A stretch of DNA of 64,000 nucleotides from an uncultured delta proteobacterium (GTDB lineage Bacteria > Desulfobacterota > Desulfobacteria > Desulfobacterales > Desulfatirhabdiaceae), in contig CAWBKP010000024.1 in the NCBI GenBank assembly GCA_963789395.1, positions 320,001 to 384,000 on the forward strand, in the 5' to 3' direction. Position 1 is the stretch's first letter. Every line of letters begins with the position of its first letter. The notes under the pieces are model-generated. The model did not search any database. It had not been told where the DNA came from and saw only the letters and a list, made by a program, of their open reading frames with translations. Both the position numbers and the translations under genes were made by a program. This document shows positions 22,158-31,446 of the stretch, in pieces.

Positions 22158-23138
22158 TCACGGTACTTCGACCGAATCAAACACCTGACCGATAATATTG
22201 TCGGTGGTGATGTCCTCTGCTTCCGCCTCATAGGTCAGAATAATACGATGGCGCAAGATGCTGGGTGCAACGGTCTTGATGTCCTGGGGGGTAACATAGG
22301 CCCTTCCCTGAAGAAAAGCAAAGGCTCTGGCCGCAAGGCTAAGAAAGATGGTTGCCCGGGGAGAGGCGCCGAACTGGATATAATCTGAAATATCCATGTT
22401 GTATTCCCTGGGCTTACGGGTGGCAAAAACGATGTTGACAATGTAGTCTTTCAGCTTTTCATCCATATAAACCGATCGGATCAACGCCACAATATCGTTC
22501 AGCTGGGATGGATCGATCACCGGACGGACTTCAGGAAGGGTTTCAAATCCGATCCGGTGCATGATTTCTTTTTCTTCGGTTTTGCTGGGGTAATCGATAA
22601 CCAGTTTGAACATGAAACGATCGACCTGGGCCTCGGGAAGAGGGTAGGTGCCTTCCTGCTCGATGGGATTTTGAGTCGCCAGGACCAGAAAGGGATCGGA
22701 AAGCGTAAACGTGTGTTCGCCGATCGTAACCTGTCTTTCCTGCATGGCTTCAAGAAGAGCCGACTGAACCTTGGATGGAGCCCGGTTGATTTCATCGGCA
22801 AGAATAATGTTGTGGAAGAGAGGCCCTTTTTTAATGGTGAAATCTCCGGTTCCCGGCCGGTAAATCTCCGTTCCGATCAGGTCTGCCGGCAGAAGATCCG
22901 GGGTAAACTGAATGCGCTTGAATTCCGCCCGGACTGTTGCAGCCAGCGCCTTGACCGCGCTGGTTTTGGCCAGTCCCGGAACACCTTCGATGAGAATGTG
23001 TCCTTTGGTGAACAGCCCCATCAGCAGCCCGTCAATCAGATCGCGCTGCCCGACAAGAACCTTGTTGATTTCAGTTCGCATGCTGTTGATCACATGGTGC
23101 GTTGTTTCTATTTTTTCTTTTAATTCTTCAATGATCAC
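22158..23138 (-). CDS. MoxR family AAA+ ATPase
   Basis: GVPGLAKT, RIQFTPDLLPAD, LADEINRA, ATQNPIEQEGTYPLPEAQVDRF; SD GGAGG before GTG 23138. Confidence 0.95.
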   Translation of the reverse strand: MIIEELKEKIETTHHVINSMRTEINKVLVGQRDLIDGLLMGLFTKGHILIEGVPGLAKTSAVKALAATVRAEFKRIQFTPDLLPADLIGTEIYRPGTGDFTIKKGPLFHNIILADEINRAPSKVQSALLEAMQERQVTIGEHTFTLSDPFLVLATQNPIEQEGTYPLPEAQVDRFMFKLVIDYPSKTEEKEIMHRIGFETLPEVRPVIDPSQLNDIVALIRSVYMDEKLKDYIVNIVFATRKPREYNMDISDYIQFGASPRATIFLSLAARAFAFLQGRAYVTPQDIKTVAPSILRHRIILTYEAEAEDITTDNIIGQVFDSVEVP

Positions 23139-23558
23139 GTTTCCTCCCACAAACATCATAATGGACAGATTCAGGGCAACTGCATTAAATGGATCGAATG
23201 CGGTCTGATACAGGTTGTCTGAAAATGTGATTGGCTTCGACTGTTTATCTGCATTTAATGTAATTGTTTAAACATGATCTTGAAAAATAGTCATGGAAAA
23301 TTCATTTTCAAGACCAGGTCACCGGATACATTCTACATCCCCCTCAAGTAAAACTCAGGAGATTGATGCAGTGACGCCATCCCTGCTTGAACACCGACAG
23401 CAACAGGCGCCTCCTGTTGTGTCTGTCTTTGACAGCATGCATATGTATTCAGTTTCCGTAGGAACACGGATCGTTTTACATGCGTTGTTTTGAATTGACA
23501 AAAAACTGTAAGTTGTGACATAGGGAGCATTTTTTAAATGTCAAAAGAGGAGGAATAA

Positions 23559-23705
23559 TTGAACAAACTGATATTATTCGTTGCTCCCTTGCTGGTCATC
23601 ACCATTTTATCGTCAGTGCATGGAGAGGATTTGGACCTGGCCAACATTAATGCCAAGGCCGGCCCTGGCAAGTTGCATCCATCGCGCTTTATGTTGAGTG
23701 TTTGA
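23559..23705 (+). CDS. Small ORF (48 aa) with signal-peptide-like N-terminus; below ORF-track cut-off
   Basis: SD GAGGAGG, TTG start; MNKLILFVAPLLVITILSSVHGEDLDLANINAKAGPGKLHPSRFMLSV. Confidence 0.45.
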   Translation: MNKLILFVAPLLVITILSSVHGEDLDLANINAKAGPGKLHPSRFMLSV

Positions 23706-23722
23706 GGGGGTGTGAGAGAACC

Positions 23723-24121
23723 ATGCAGATTATAATTGTTTATCTGCTGGCCTGGATAGGCCTTGCAATTGTGGCAATTCTAAACGGCGCACTGCGGGTT
23801 AAGGGATATTCCTCTTACATGAGCGAACTGGCTGCTCATCAGTTATCAACCGTGATCGGGCTTGGGTTTTTCGGGATATATTTCTGGTTTCTGACAGGCG
23901 CCTATCGTCTGGAATCATCCGGACAGGCCCTGGGAATAGGGACCATGTGGATCGTATTGACAGTTTTATTTGAATTCGGTTTCGGTCATTTTGTAATGGG
24001 GCATCCGTGGCGTAAACTTTTTGCGGATTACAATATATTTCGAGGCAGGCTGTGGTCCCTGGTTCTGCTCTGGACGTTTATCGGACCGTATGTTTGTTTT
24101 AAGATCAGGCTCGCAAAATAA
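23723..24121 (+). CDS. Hypothetical 4-TM membrane protein
   Basis: Hydrophobic 132 aa; AILNGALR, LTVLFEFGFGHFV, DYNIFRGRLW. Confidence 0.75.
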   Translation: MQIIIVYLLAWIGLAIVAILNGALRVKGYSSYMSELAAHQLSTVIGLGFFGIYFWFLTGAYRLESSGQALGIGTMWIVLTVLFEFGFGHFVMGHPWRKLFADYNIFRGRLWSLVLLWTFIGPYVCFKIRLAK

Positions 24122-24149
24122 AAAGGGATTCGTTTTGAACCCCTTTTTT
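24121..24149. terminator. Probable bidirectional intrinsic terminator
   Basis: AAAAGGGATTCG-TTT-TGAACCCCTTTTTT between convergent genes. Confidence 0.6.
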
Positions 24150-24173
24150 ATAACAGGTTTTCAGGTCATTGCG

Positions 24174-24620
24174 TTATTCAATCTTGATCTGGATTTGTTT
24201 CGGCTTTTGTTCTTCAGGCTTGGGAATTTCAATTTCAAGGACCCCGTCTTTAAACGCGGCCTTGATGTTGTCCGGGTTTATGGTTGAAGGTAGCGTAAAT
24301 GCCCGGTAAAACGATCCGAAACTTCTTTCCTTCCTGAAATATTTGTCTTCATTCACTTCCTTGACTTCGACCCGTTCCCCTTTCAGGGTCAGAACATTGT
24401 CCTTGACTTCAATGTTAACATCATCTTTTGTAACACCGGGAAGTTCGGCATGGATGACAATCGAATCCGCCTTGTCGTAGATATCCACGACAGGCTTCCA
24501 TGCGCTCAAGGCAAAATCTTCATCCGCTCCCGAACGGGGGAATGCATCATTAAACAATCGATTGATGCTATCCTGTAAACTGGCTACAGCTCCATAAGGT
24601 TGCCATCTGACAAGTGCCAT
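24174..24620 (-). CDS. Hsp20/alpha-crystallin small heat-shock protein
   Basis: WKPVVDIY, AELPGV, ERSFGSFYRAFTLP, FKDGVLEIEIPK, IQIKIE; SD AGGAGG. Confidence 0.95.
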   Translation of the reverse strand: MALVRWQPYGAVASLQDSINRLFNDAFPRSGADEDFALSAWKPVVDIYDKADSIVIHAELPGVTKDDVNIEVKDNVLTLKGERVEVKEVNEDKYFRKERSFGSFYRAFTLPSTINPDNIKAAFKDGVLEIEIPKPEEQKPKQIQIKIE

Positions 24621-24721
24621 AATTCCACCTCCTATGATAGATGAGTTTATGATGCCAACTGCATTCGCACTGGCCGGACTTTTATTTAACCGCATAAAAT
24701 CAACTGCTTAATTCCGAGTCT

Positions 24722-24749
24722 ATAATAATCATATTTTATTTGCTGTCAA
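24722..24749 (-). promoter_or_regulatory. Putative sigma70 promoter of hsp20
   Basis: Minus strand TTGACA-16 nt-TATTAT. Confidence 0.5.
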
Positions 24750-24908
24750 GTAAGCCAAAAAAAGTTCGAATGTAACTTGCAGTCTGGTCTAATCAGATGG
24801 CGGAACACACGCATTCAGATGTGACAGTTCAGTTCGATTGCAACAAAAGTTGCAGCCGGTCCCATGACTGCGTCCTGCGATTTGAAGTCCTGGTGGTGAT
24901 GTTTTTGA

Positions 24909-24986
24909 TTAAATAATCATTCCCAAAAAAATGAGGGTGTAAAGGGATGTGGCAAAACCAATGGCGGATAATATATGGGGTTTCAT
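24909..24986 (-). CDS. 25-aa hydrophobic small protein
   Basis: SD AGGAGG 8 nt before ATG; MKPHILSAIGFATSLYTLIFLGMII; own promoter upstream. Confidence 0.55.
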   Translation of the reverse strand: MKPHILSAIGFATSLYTLIFLGMII

Positions 24987-25066
24987 TTTTAATGCCTCCT
25001 GTCCTGGTGTTATCGATATGTGCGGGTTTTTCACGAAGACAAAGTTGTTTTGTCGACTTTCGAGAA

Positions 25067-25119
25067 AGTATATATTAAGACTTAACATGATGTCAATTTT
25101 AAATTAATATTTTATTAAT
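25067..25119 (-). promoter_or_regulatory. Putative sigma70 promoter with overlapping palindromic operators
   Basis: Minus strand TTGACA (25096-25091)-18 nt-TATACT (25072-25067). Palindrome TTAAG-A-CTTAA (25075-25085) lies in the spacer; second palindrome ATTAATA-TTT-TATTAAT at 25103-25119. Confidence 0.55.
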
Positions 25120-25163
25120 ATTTTTTTATTGGCTTTTCGATGATAAGTTGATAAAAATCAGAT

Positions 25164-25926
25164 ATGGAATCTCCAATTAAACTTTATGAGTATTTCTGGC
25201 AGGCCCTTAACGATTTTGCTTCATCAAAGGGCTATGGTGTTCAGCGACAATATTGCCGTGCAGGCCGGTGTGACGGAAGCATTCATCAGTCAGATCATGG
25301 CCGGTACAAACAAGGCCTCAGTCCGAACACAAGCCGCCATTGCCAGGGCCTGCGGTTTTGCCTCCCTTGAAGACATGCTTCAGGCAGGTAAATCCAACCC
25401 GAAAAATGCTGCTGGGCCTGAGATTGAACAAAATCTGATCGTTCGGGTCAATTCCCTATCCGAAAAAGAAATCCTGACTGGCAATATTCACGAGTATCGG
25501 GGTATTCCCCTGTATGCATCCGGCAAACTGTCAGCAGGCGCCAATGGTTTGGCGTTTGATCCGTATGAACCGCCGGATTCGATGATCGTCATTTATAAAC
25601 CGGAAATCCAGGGAAGCGCCAGGCACAATCTGTCCGCGTTGAAGGTCGGCGGAGACTCCATGGCGCCAACCATTCCCAAGGGCGCCGTCGTTGTCGTGGA
25701 TCTGTCCGACAGGGAACAAGTGGATGGCAGGATTTTTGTTGTGAATGTTCCGGACGGCGGGATCGATATGGCGGCTGTTAAAAGAGTCCGGCGTTGGGAA
25801 AAAGGTAAGGGGTTTGTACTTATCAGCGACAATGCCGGCTATCCGCCTGACATTTCCCTTTTAGACTGGCATCGGCTCTGTGTCGGCAGGGTCGTATGGA
25901 TGAGCAAGGATGTGAGACAGGCATAA
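25164..25926 (+). CDS. XRE-HTH + S24 peptidase (CI/LexA-like) repressor (frameshift ~25250)
   Basis: HTH IAVQAGVTEAFISQIM; Ala-Gly site LSAG; catalytic Ser (VGGDSM) and Lys (AVKRV); LISDN..YPP; VGRVVW. Confidence 0.85.
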
Positions 25927-26050
25927 ATCAATATTCCGGTTGTTTCTTCTTGACACCGGGGTGAATTTTACTTAATTGTCCATCAAATGATGGAAACATA
26001 TATTGGGATAGTTTCGATGGATAAAATACGTGCGGGAAAGGGAAGTGGTC

Positions 26051-26671
26051 ATGGCAACGCGTCTTGAAAAAGCGCGGCAGGACCCGGCTTCCATGAAAGC
26101 CAGGATCCTGACGTCAGCCCGGAAAAATTTCGGAGAATTTGGATATGGGGCAACCACCACACGGATGATTGCCAAGGATGTGGGAATTGATATTTCCACG
26201 CTGTATTATCACTGGGGTGAAAAGCAGGATCTTTATGAAGCGGTCATCATGGATATAACCGATGAAATCCGGTTGCAATTTCAGGAGATCGAGCGAAAAG
26301 TCAAAGGCAAATCCGTCTCGATTCGCCTTGAGATCGCCATTGATGTCATGTGTGATTATCTCTTTGCCCACCCGGAGGTTTCGAACTTGATTCTGCTCGG
26401 TTATTTCAACAAGGACAGTCGCGGCGTGACCCTTCACGTCAAGATGGCGGAATATGTATCGATCATCGCTGTGGTCATGGGTCTGGCGGAAAATAAACGG
26501 TACATCTCCGTTCATGCAAAAGCCAGGATTCTGGCTGTATGGAATTCCGTGCTGAATTTCATTTCCGGAGAAAATTTTTTCCGCCCCATGCTGGAAGTCG
26601 AGCGCGATCAGTATCTGGCGGTGGTCAAGGAAACCCTGAAGTTCATTCTTGTTCCGGCATTTTCCAGATAG
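26051..26671 (+). CDS. TetR/AcrR family regulator
   Basis: GYGATTTRMIAKDVGIDISTLYYHWGEKQDLY. Confidence 0.92.
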   Translation: MATRLEKARQDPASMKARILTSARKNFGEFGYGATTTRMIAKDVGIDISTLYYHWGEKQDLYEAVIMDITDEIRLQFQEIERKVKGKSVSIRLEIAIDVMCDYLFAHPEVSNLILLGYFNKDSRGVTLHVKMAEYVSIIAVVMGLAENKRYISVHAKARILAVWNSVLNFISGENFFRPMLEVERDQYLAVVKETLKFILVPAFSR

Positions 26672-26792
26672 CCATTCAATAATGCGCCTGTTATGCAATG
26701 TAACTTTAATCTGATTCCCTGTTTGGGAAAACAGGGGAGAATCCGATTCATGATAAAGGTGATAACACTAACATCACATAAAGGAGGGAAAA

Positions 26793-28922
26793 ATGGCGTT
26801 GAATCTGGAGGCATTGGGAAAACCCATTGGCCCTGTCAGCAAGGATTATACCTGGAAGGATGTGGTTTTGTACGCCCTCGGGGTTGGATCGGGCGCTTCG
26901 GAACTCGAGTACTGTTATGAAAAGCAGCTGAAAGTATTGCCAAGTTTTTCCATTGCGGCCATTTTTGATTTTCTGGCCCATATCGGGGCAACCTCCAATG
27001 TTAATCTGGCAGGAATTCTTCATGGGGAGCAGCGCCTGATCTTTCACCATCCCATTCCCTCCGAAGGAACGCTGAGCACCCGGGGAAAAATCACCCATTA
27101 TTATGACAAAGGCGTTAAAAGAGGTGCCTTGGTAGTTGCGGAAAGCGACACGTACCATACGAATGGTCAGAAACTGTTTACCAGCATCATTACCATTTAC
27201 TCAAGGCTCGATGGCGGATTCGGGGGTGAAAACGCGCCAAAGAATAAAGTCGTATTTCCCGACCGGGCTCCGGACTGTGTTGTTGATGCCCATCCCTCTG
27301 AAAGCCAGCCCCTGATTTACCGTCTTTCCGGCGACATTTTCGATCTGCATGTGAATCCGGATTTTGCGAAAATGGCCGGGTTCGAAAAACCCATCATGCA
27401 CGGGCTCTGCACCCACGGGTACGCGTGTCGAGCCCTGATACAAAGTCTGGTTCCGGAAGCGCCCGAAAAAGTCCGTCGGATGGACTGCCGGTTTTCCAAG
27501 GCGCTCTATCCCGGGGTTCCCATTCAGACCCTGATCTGGAAGACCGACAAGGGAAAGGCCGTGTGGCGAACTTTGAATGCGCGGACCGGCGCGGTGGTCA
27601 TAGATAACGGGGTGTTTGAATATGGCGACGTGCCCGAGGAAAAGATCCGCTTTGACGGACGGGTTGCGGTCATTACCGGTTCAGGGGCAGGACTGGGCAG
27701 GGTGTATGCGCTGGAGCTGGCCAGGCGCGGTGCAAAAGTGGTGGTCAATGACCTGGGCAGTGCACGGGACGGCTCGGGCAAGGGCTCTTCCGCTCCGGCG
27801 GATCAGGTGGTTCTTGAAATCCAGGCAATTGGCGCAGAAGCTGTCGCCAGCTATGATAATGTGGCCACGCCGGAAGGTGGCCGGGGGATCATTCAAACCG
27901 CACTGGATACCTTTGGAACCGTGGACATCCTGATCAATAACGCCGGTATTCTGCGGGACAAGAGCATTCTTAAAATGGAGCCGGAAAACTGGCAGGCTGT
28001 CATGGATGTGCATTTGAACGGGGCGTATAACGTTTCCCGGCCAGCATTTGAGGTAATGAAGGGAAAAGGCTATGGCCGTATCCTGATGACCACATCCGCC
28101 GCAGGCCTCTACGGCAATTTCGGCCAGACCAATTACGCTGCGGCCAAAATGGGTCTGGTAGGCCTGATGAATACCCTGAAGCTGGAAGGCGAAAAATACA
28201 ATATCAAGGTCAATACCATTGCGCCGCTGGCTGCCTCGCGGCTCACCGAAGACGTGACCCCGCCTGAGCTGTTTCAGAAAATGAAACCCGAATTCGTGGC
28301 CCCGATGGCCCTGTATCTTTGTTCGGAAACATGCCCGGTCAGCGGGAACATATACAATGCCGGCATGGGGTTTTTCAACCGGGCAGCCGTGGTGACCGGG
28401 CCCGGACTGACCCTGGGAGCCGCCAAAACCTTTCCGACCCTGGAAGATATCATCGCCAACATCGAGGCAATATCCACACTTGAAGGGGGGAAGGAATACC
28501 GGCAGCTCAGCGACCAGGTCGGGGATGCCTGCTCGACACTGCAGGCCCCGCAGAAATCCATTTCACCCAAATCCGCTCAAAAAGCGGCTGCCAAAGGGTT
28601 TGAAACCGCTGCAGCCGTTTTTGAAGCCATGCCGGCGTCCTTCAAACCCGATGCGGCATCCGGCGTGAACGTGGTGTTCCAATATATCATATCCGGGGCA
28701 AATGGCGGGGAGTGGTCCTGCGACATCCGGAATCAGACCTGTACGGTTGCCTCGGGAAGGCACGATACGCCGACCTGCACCCTGAAAATTGCCGATGCGG
28801 ATTTTCTGGATATGATGAACGGCAGACTCAAACCCATGCTGGCCTATACATCCGGCAAACTCAAGATCGAAGGTGATATCATGAAATCACAGTTGATCGA
28901 AAAACTCTTTGCGATGAGATAA
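26793..28922 (+). CDS. Multifunctional MaoC-type (R)-enoyl-CoA hydratase + SDR 3-hydroxyacyl-CoA dehydrogenase + SCP2 domain
   Basis: Hydratase-2 motif YRLSGD..DLH..PIMHGLC; SDR TGSGAGLG, NNAGILRD, YAAAK; C-terminal SCP2 (AYTSGKLKIEGD). Confidence 0.9.
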   Translation: MALNLEALGKPIGPVSKDYTWKDVVLYALGVGSGASELEYCYEKQLKVLPSFSIAAIFDFLAHIGATSNVNLAGILHGEQRLIFHHPIPSEGTLSTRGKITHYYDKGVKRGALVVAESDTYHTNGQKLFTSIITIYSRLDGGFGGENAPKNKVVFPDRAPDCVVDAHPSESQPLIYRLSGDIFDLHVNPDFAKMAGFEKPIMHGLCTHGYACRALIQSLVPEAPEKVRRMDCRFSKALYPGVPIQTLIWKTDKGKAVWRTLNARTGAVVIDNGVFEYGDVPEEKIRFDGRVAVITGSGAGLGRVYALELARRGAKVVVNDLGSARDGSGKGSSAPADQVVLEIQAIGAEAVASYDNVATPEGGRGIIQTALDTFGTVDILINNAGILRDKSILKMEPENWQAVMDVHLNGAYNVSRPAFEVMKGKGYGRILMTTSAAGLYGNFGQTNYAAAKMGLVGLMNTLKLEGEKYNIKVNTIAPLAASRLTEDVTPPELFQKMKPEFVAPMALYLCSETCPVSGNIYNAGMGFFNRAAVVTGPGLTLGAAKTFPTLEDIIANIEAISTLEGGKEYRQLSDQVGDACSTLQAPQKSISPKSAQKAAAKGFETAAAVFEAMPASFKPDAASGVNVVFQYIISGANGGEWSCDIRNQTCTVASGRHDTPTCTLKIADADFLDMMNGRLKPMLAYTSGKLKIEGDIMKSQLIEKLFAMR

Positions 28923-28957
28923 CAGGAGAATTCCTGACAATGCGAACAGGGGGAAAT

Positions 28958-31324
28958 ATGATCGGTATCACATCTTACGGTGCTTATATTCCGCGTCTTC
29001 GGCTGGATCGCATGGCTATTTATCAGGCCATGGGCTGGTTTGCGCCGGCCATTGCCATGGTGGCCCAAGGAGAGCGCTCCATGTGCAACTGGGACGAAGA
29101 CGCCGTCACCATGGCGGTGGAGGCTTGCCGGGACTGCCTGAAAGGACGGGACAAACAAGCACTGGATGCTGTTTATCTTGCGTCCACAACGTTGCCTTTC
29201 AGCGACCGGCAGAATGCCGGCATCGTGGCAGCGGCACTGAACCTTCCCAAGAACATCATGACCCTTGATATGACAGCCTCGCTAAAAACCGGAACCAGCG
29301 CGCTGATTACCGCACTGGAAGCGGTCCGGGGCGGCGGTAAACATCATATTCTGGTTGCAGCCTCGGATCGACGGGAAACCCGGGCCGCCTATTTTTATGA
29401 AATGTGGTTCGGGGACGGGGCCGCGGCCCTTGCTGTCGGCGATACGGATGTCATTGCCGAGTTCAAAGGCTCATTTTCCGTGTCCTGCGATTTTGTGGAT
29501 CATTACCGGGGTGCCGGCCATGCCGTCGATTACGTATGGGAAGAACGCTGGGCCAGAGAGGAAGGCTATTCCAAAATCATTCCTGAAGCTGTCAACGGTC
29601 TGATGCAGCAGCTTGGCATCACCATTTCAGATGTGGACCGGCTTGTCTTTCCCTGCTTCTTCAAAGCCGAGCACCGCAACATCGCCAACATCCTGGGCGC
29701 ATCATCGGATAAGCTATGCGATACCCTTCATGAGGTCTGCGGGGAGACCGGCGCAGCGCACAGCCTGCTCATGCTGACAGCTGCGCTTGAAACCGCCAAA
29801 CCCGGGGACCGTATTCTGGCAGCCGGATTCGGGCAAGGGTGCGATGCTTTGTATTTTGTGGTGACAGAGAACATTACACGGCTTTCTCAAAGAAGCGGCG
29901 TCACAGGCAGCCTCGCCAACAAAAAAACCATCGAGAATTACCCGAAATATTTAAAGTTCAGAAATCTGATTCAAACGGAAACGGGAATTCGGGCTGAAGC
30001 CCCGAGCCAGACTGCCATGACTGCGCTGTGGCGGAAAAACGCGATGATACTCGGGCTTGTGGGCGGAAAATGCCAGGCATGCGGCACCCCGCAGTTTCCG
30101 AAAATGGATATCTGCGTCAATCCGGCCTGCAATGCCTCCCATACGCAGGAAGATTATGAATTCTCTGAACTTCCTGCCATTGTTAAAACCTTTACCAGTG
30201 ACCTGCTTGCAGTATCCGTTGATCCGCCCGCCAAATACGGCATGATCCAGTTCGAAGCCGGCGGCAGATTCATGGCCGATTTTACGGACTGCGACATGGA
30301 GGAACTTGCTGTCGGCCTTCCCATGAAAATGATGTTTCGAAAGCGCGGAGAAGACAGGACCCGGGGGTTTGTCAATTATTTCTGGAAGGCTGTTCCGATT
30401 CCAGGGGCCAGAGAGGCCATGAACCGCGTCAACTTCAAGGGTAGAGTGGCCATCATTACCGGGGCAGGTGCTGGTCTGGGAAGGGCCTATGCGCTGGAGC
30501 TTGCCCGGCGGGGCGCAAAACTGGTGATCAATGATTTTGGCGGCTCCCGGGATGGCTCCGGCACCGGTGCATCTACGCCGGCGGACCAGGTGGTTGCTGA
30601 AATCAAGTCCCTGGGCGCGGAAGCTGTGGCCAACTACGACAATGTTGCCACCCCGGATGGCGGCAAGAGAATTGTGCAAACTGCGCTGGACGCATTTGGA
30701 CGCGTGGATATTCTCATCAACAACGCCGGGATTCTGCGGGACAAGAGCTTTGCACGGATGGAGCCTGACAACTGGAATGCGGTTCTGGCCGTTCACCTGA
30801 ACGGCGCGTATCATGTGACCCGCCCGGCATTCCAGGCTATGAAGGATAGTGGTTACGGCCGGATTCTGATGACCACGTCCGCTGCCGGCCTTTACGGCAA
30901 TTTCGGCCAGACCAATTATTCCGCGGCCAAACTGGCCCTGGTTGGATTCATGAACGCGTTAAAACAGGAAGGTGTAAAATACAACATCCGGGTCAATACC
31001 ATTGCTCCTATTGCAGCCTCTCGCCTGACAGCGGACGTGATGCCGCCTGAACTCTTCGAACGCTCACAGCCGGAGCTGGTGGTGCCGATGGCGCTATATC
31101 TGTGCAGTGAGATCTGCGAAGAAACCGGAGCCATCTATAATGCCGGCATGGGGTATTACAGCCGGGCGGCTATTTTGACCGGATCGGGTATGTATCTGGC
31201 GGACGGTGACAATCCCCCGACCCCGGAACAGATTCACCGGAACTGGGATGCCATTAACGATCTGACCGGGGCTGGGGAAACTTCCAATTTGACGGAAGCG
31301 TTGATGGCCATGATGAATCCGTGA
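28958..31324 (+). CDS. HMG-CoA-synthase-like (thiolase fold) + DUF35 Zn-ribbon/OB-fold + SDR triple fusion
   Basis: GITSYGAYIPRLRL, DEDAVTMAVEA, GDGAAA; CQACGTPQFP..CVNPAC..YFWKAVP; SDR TGAGAGLG, YSAAK. Confidence 0.85.
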   Translation: MIGITSYGAYIPRLRLDRMAIYQAMGWFAPAIAMVAQGERSMCNWDEDAVTMAVEACRDCLKGRDKQALDAVYLASTTLPFSDRQNAGIVAAALNLPKNIMTLDMTASLKTGTSALITALEAVRGGGKHHILVAASDRRETRAAYFYEMWFGDGAAALAVGDTDVIAEFKGSFSVSCDFVDHYRGAGHAVDYVWEERWAREEGYSKIIPEAVNGLMQQLGITISDVDRLVFPCFFKAEHRNIANILGASSDKLCDTLHEVCGETGAAHSLLMLTAALETAKPGDRILAAGFGQGCDALYFVVTENITRLSQRSGVTGSLANKKTIENYPKYLKFRNLIQTETGIRAEAPSQTAMTALWRKNAMILGLVGGKCQACGTPQFPKMDICVNPACNASHTQEDYEFSELPAIVKTFTSDLLAVSVDPPAKYGMIQFEAGGRFMADFTDCDMEELAVGLPMKMMFRKRGEDRTRGFVNYFWKAVPIPGAREAMNRVNFKGRVAIITGAGAGLGRAYALELARRGAKLVINDFGGSRDGSGTGASTPADQVVAEIKSLGAEAVANYDNVATPDGGKRIVQTALDAFGRVDILINNAGILRDKSFARMEPDNWNAVLAVHLNGAYHVTRPAFQAMKDSGYGRILMTTSAAGLYGNFGQTNYSAAKLALVGFMNALKQEGVKYNIRVNTIAPIAASRLTADVMPPELFERSQPELVVPMALYLCSEICEETGAIYNAGMGYYSRAAILTGSGMYLADGDNPPTPEQIHRNWDAINDLTGAGETSNLTEALMAMMNP

Positions 31325-31446
31325 CTGGCTGTTCATAAGAATTTCATGCCTGAGCAGAAAGTACATCCGGAAAAAATAATCGGATTTCGAATTTATAGTA
31401 AAACGGCTTCCTTTCAGGCACATATTACAGAGGAGAATGTCTTCCT

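Noticed and set aside
23278..23420. Inverted repeat TCTTGAAAA..TTTTCAAGA and hairpin CAACAGG-CGCCT-CCTGTTG upstream of the Bat operon
   Set aside because: Real but short; no function can be assigned from sequence alone.
24621..24760. CIRCE/HAIR heat-shock operators before hsp20 (also checked before htpG)
   Set aside because: No TTAGCACTC-N9-GAGTGCTAA or CTTGAGT-N7-ACTCAAG match found.
24700..26000. Prophage around the CI-like repressor
   Set aside because: No integrase, replication or structural genes and no att-like repeats; flanks are ordinary chromosomal genes.
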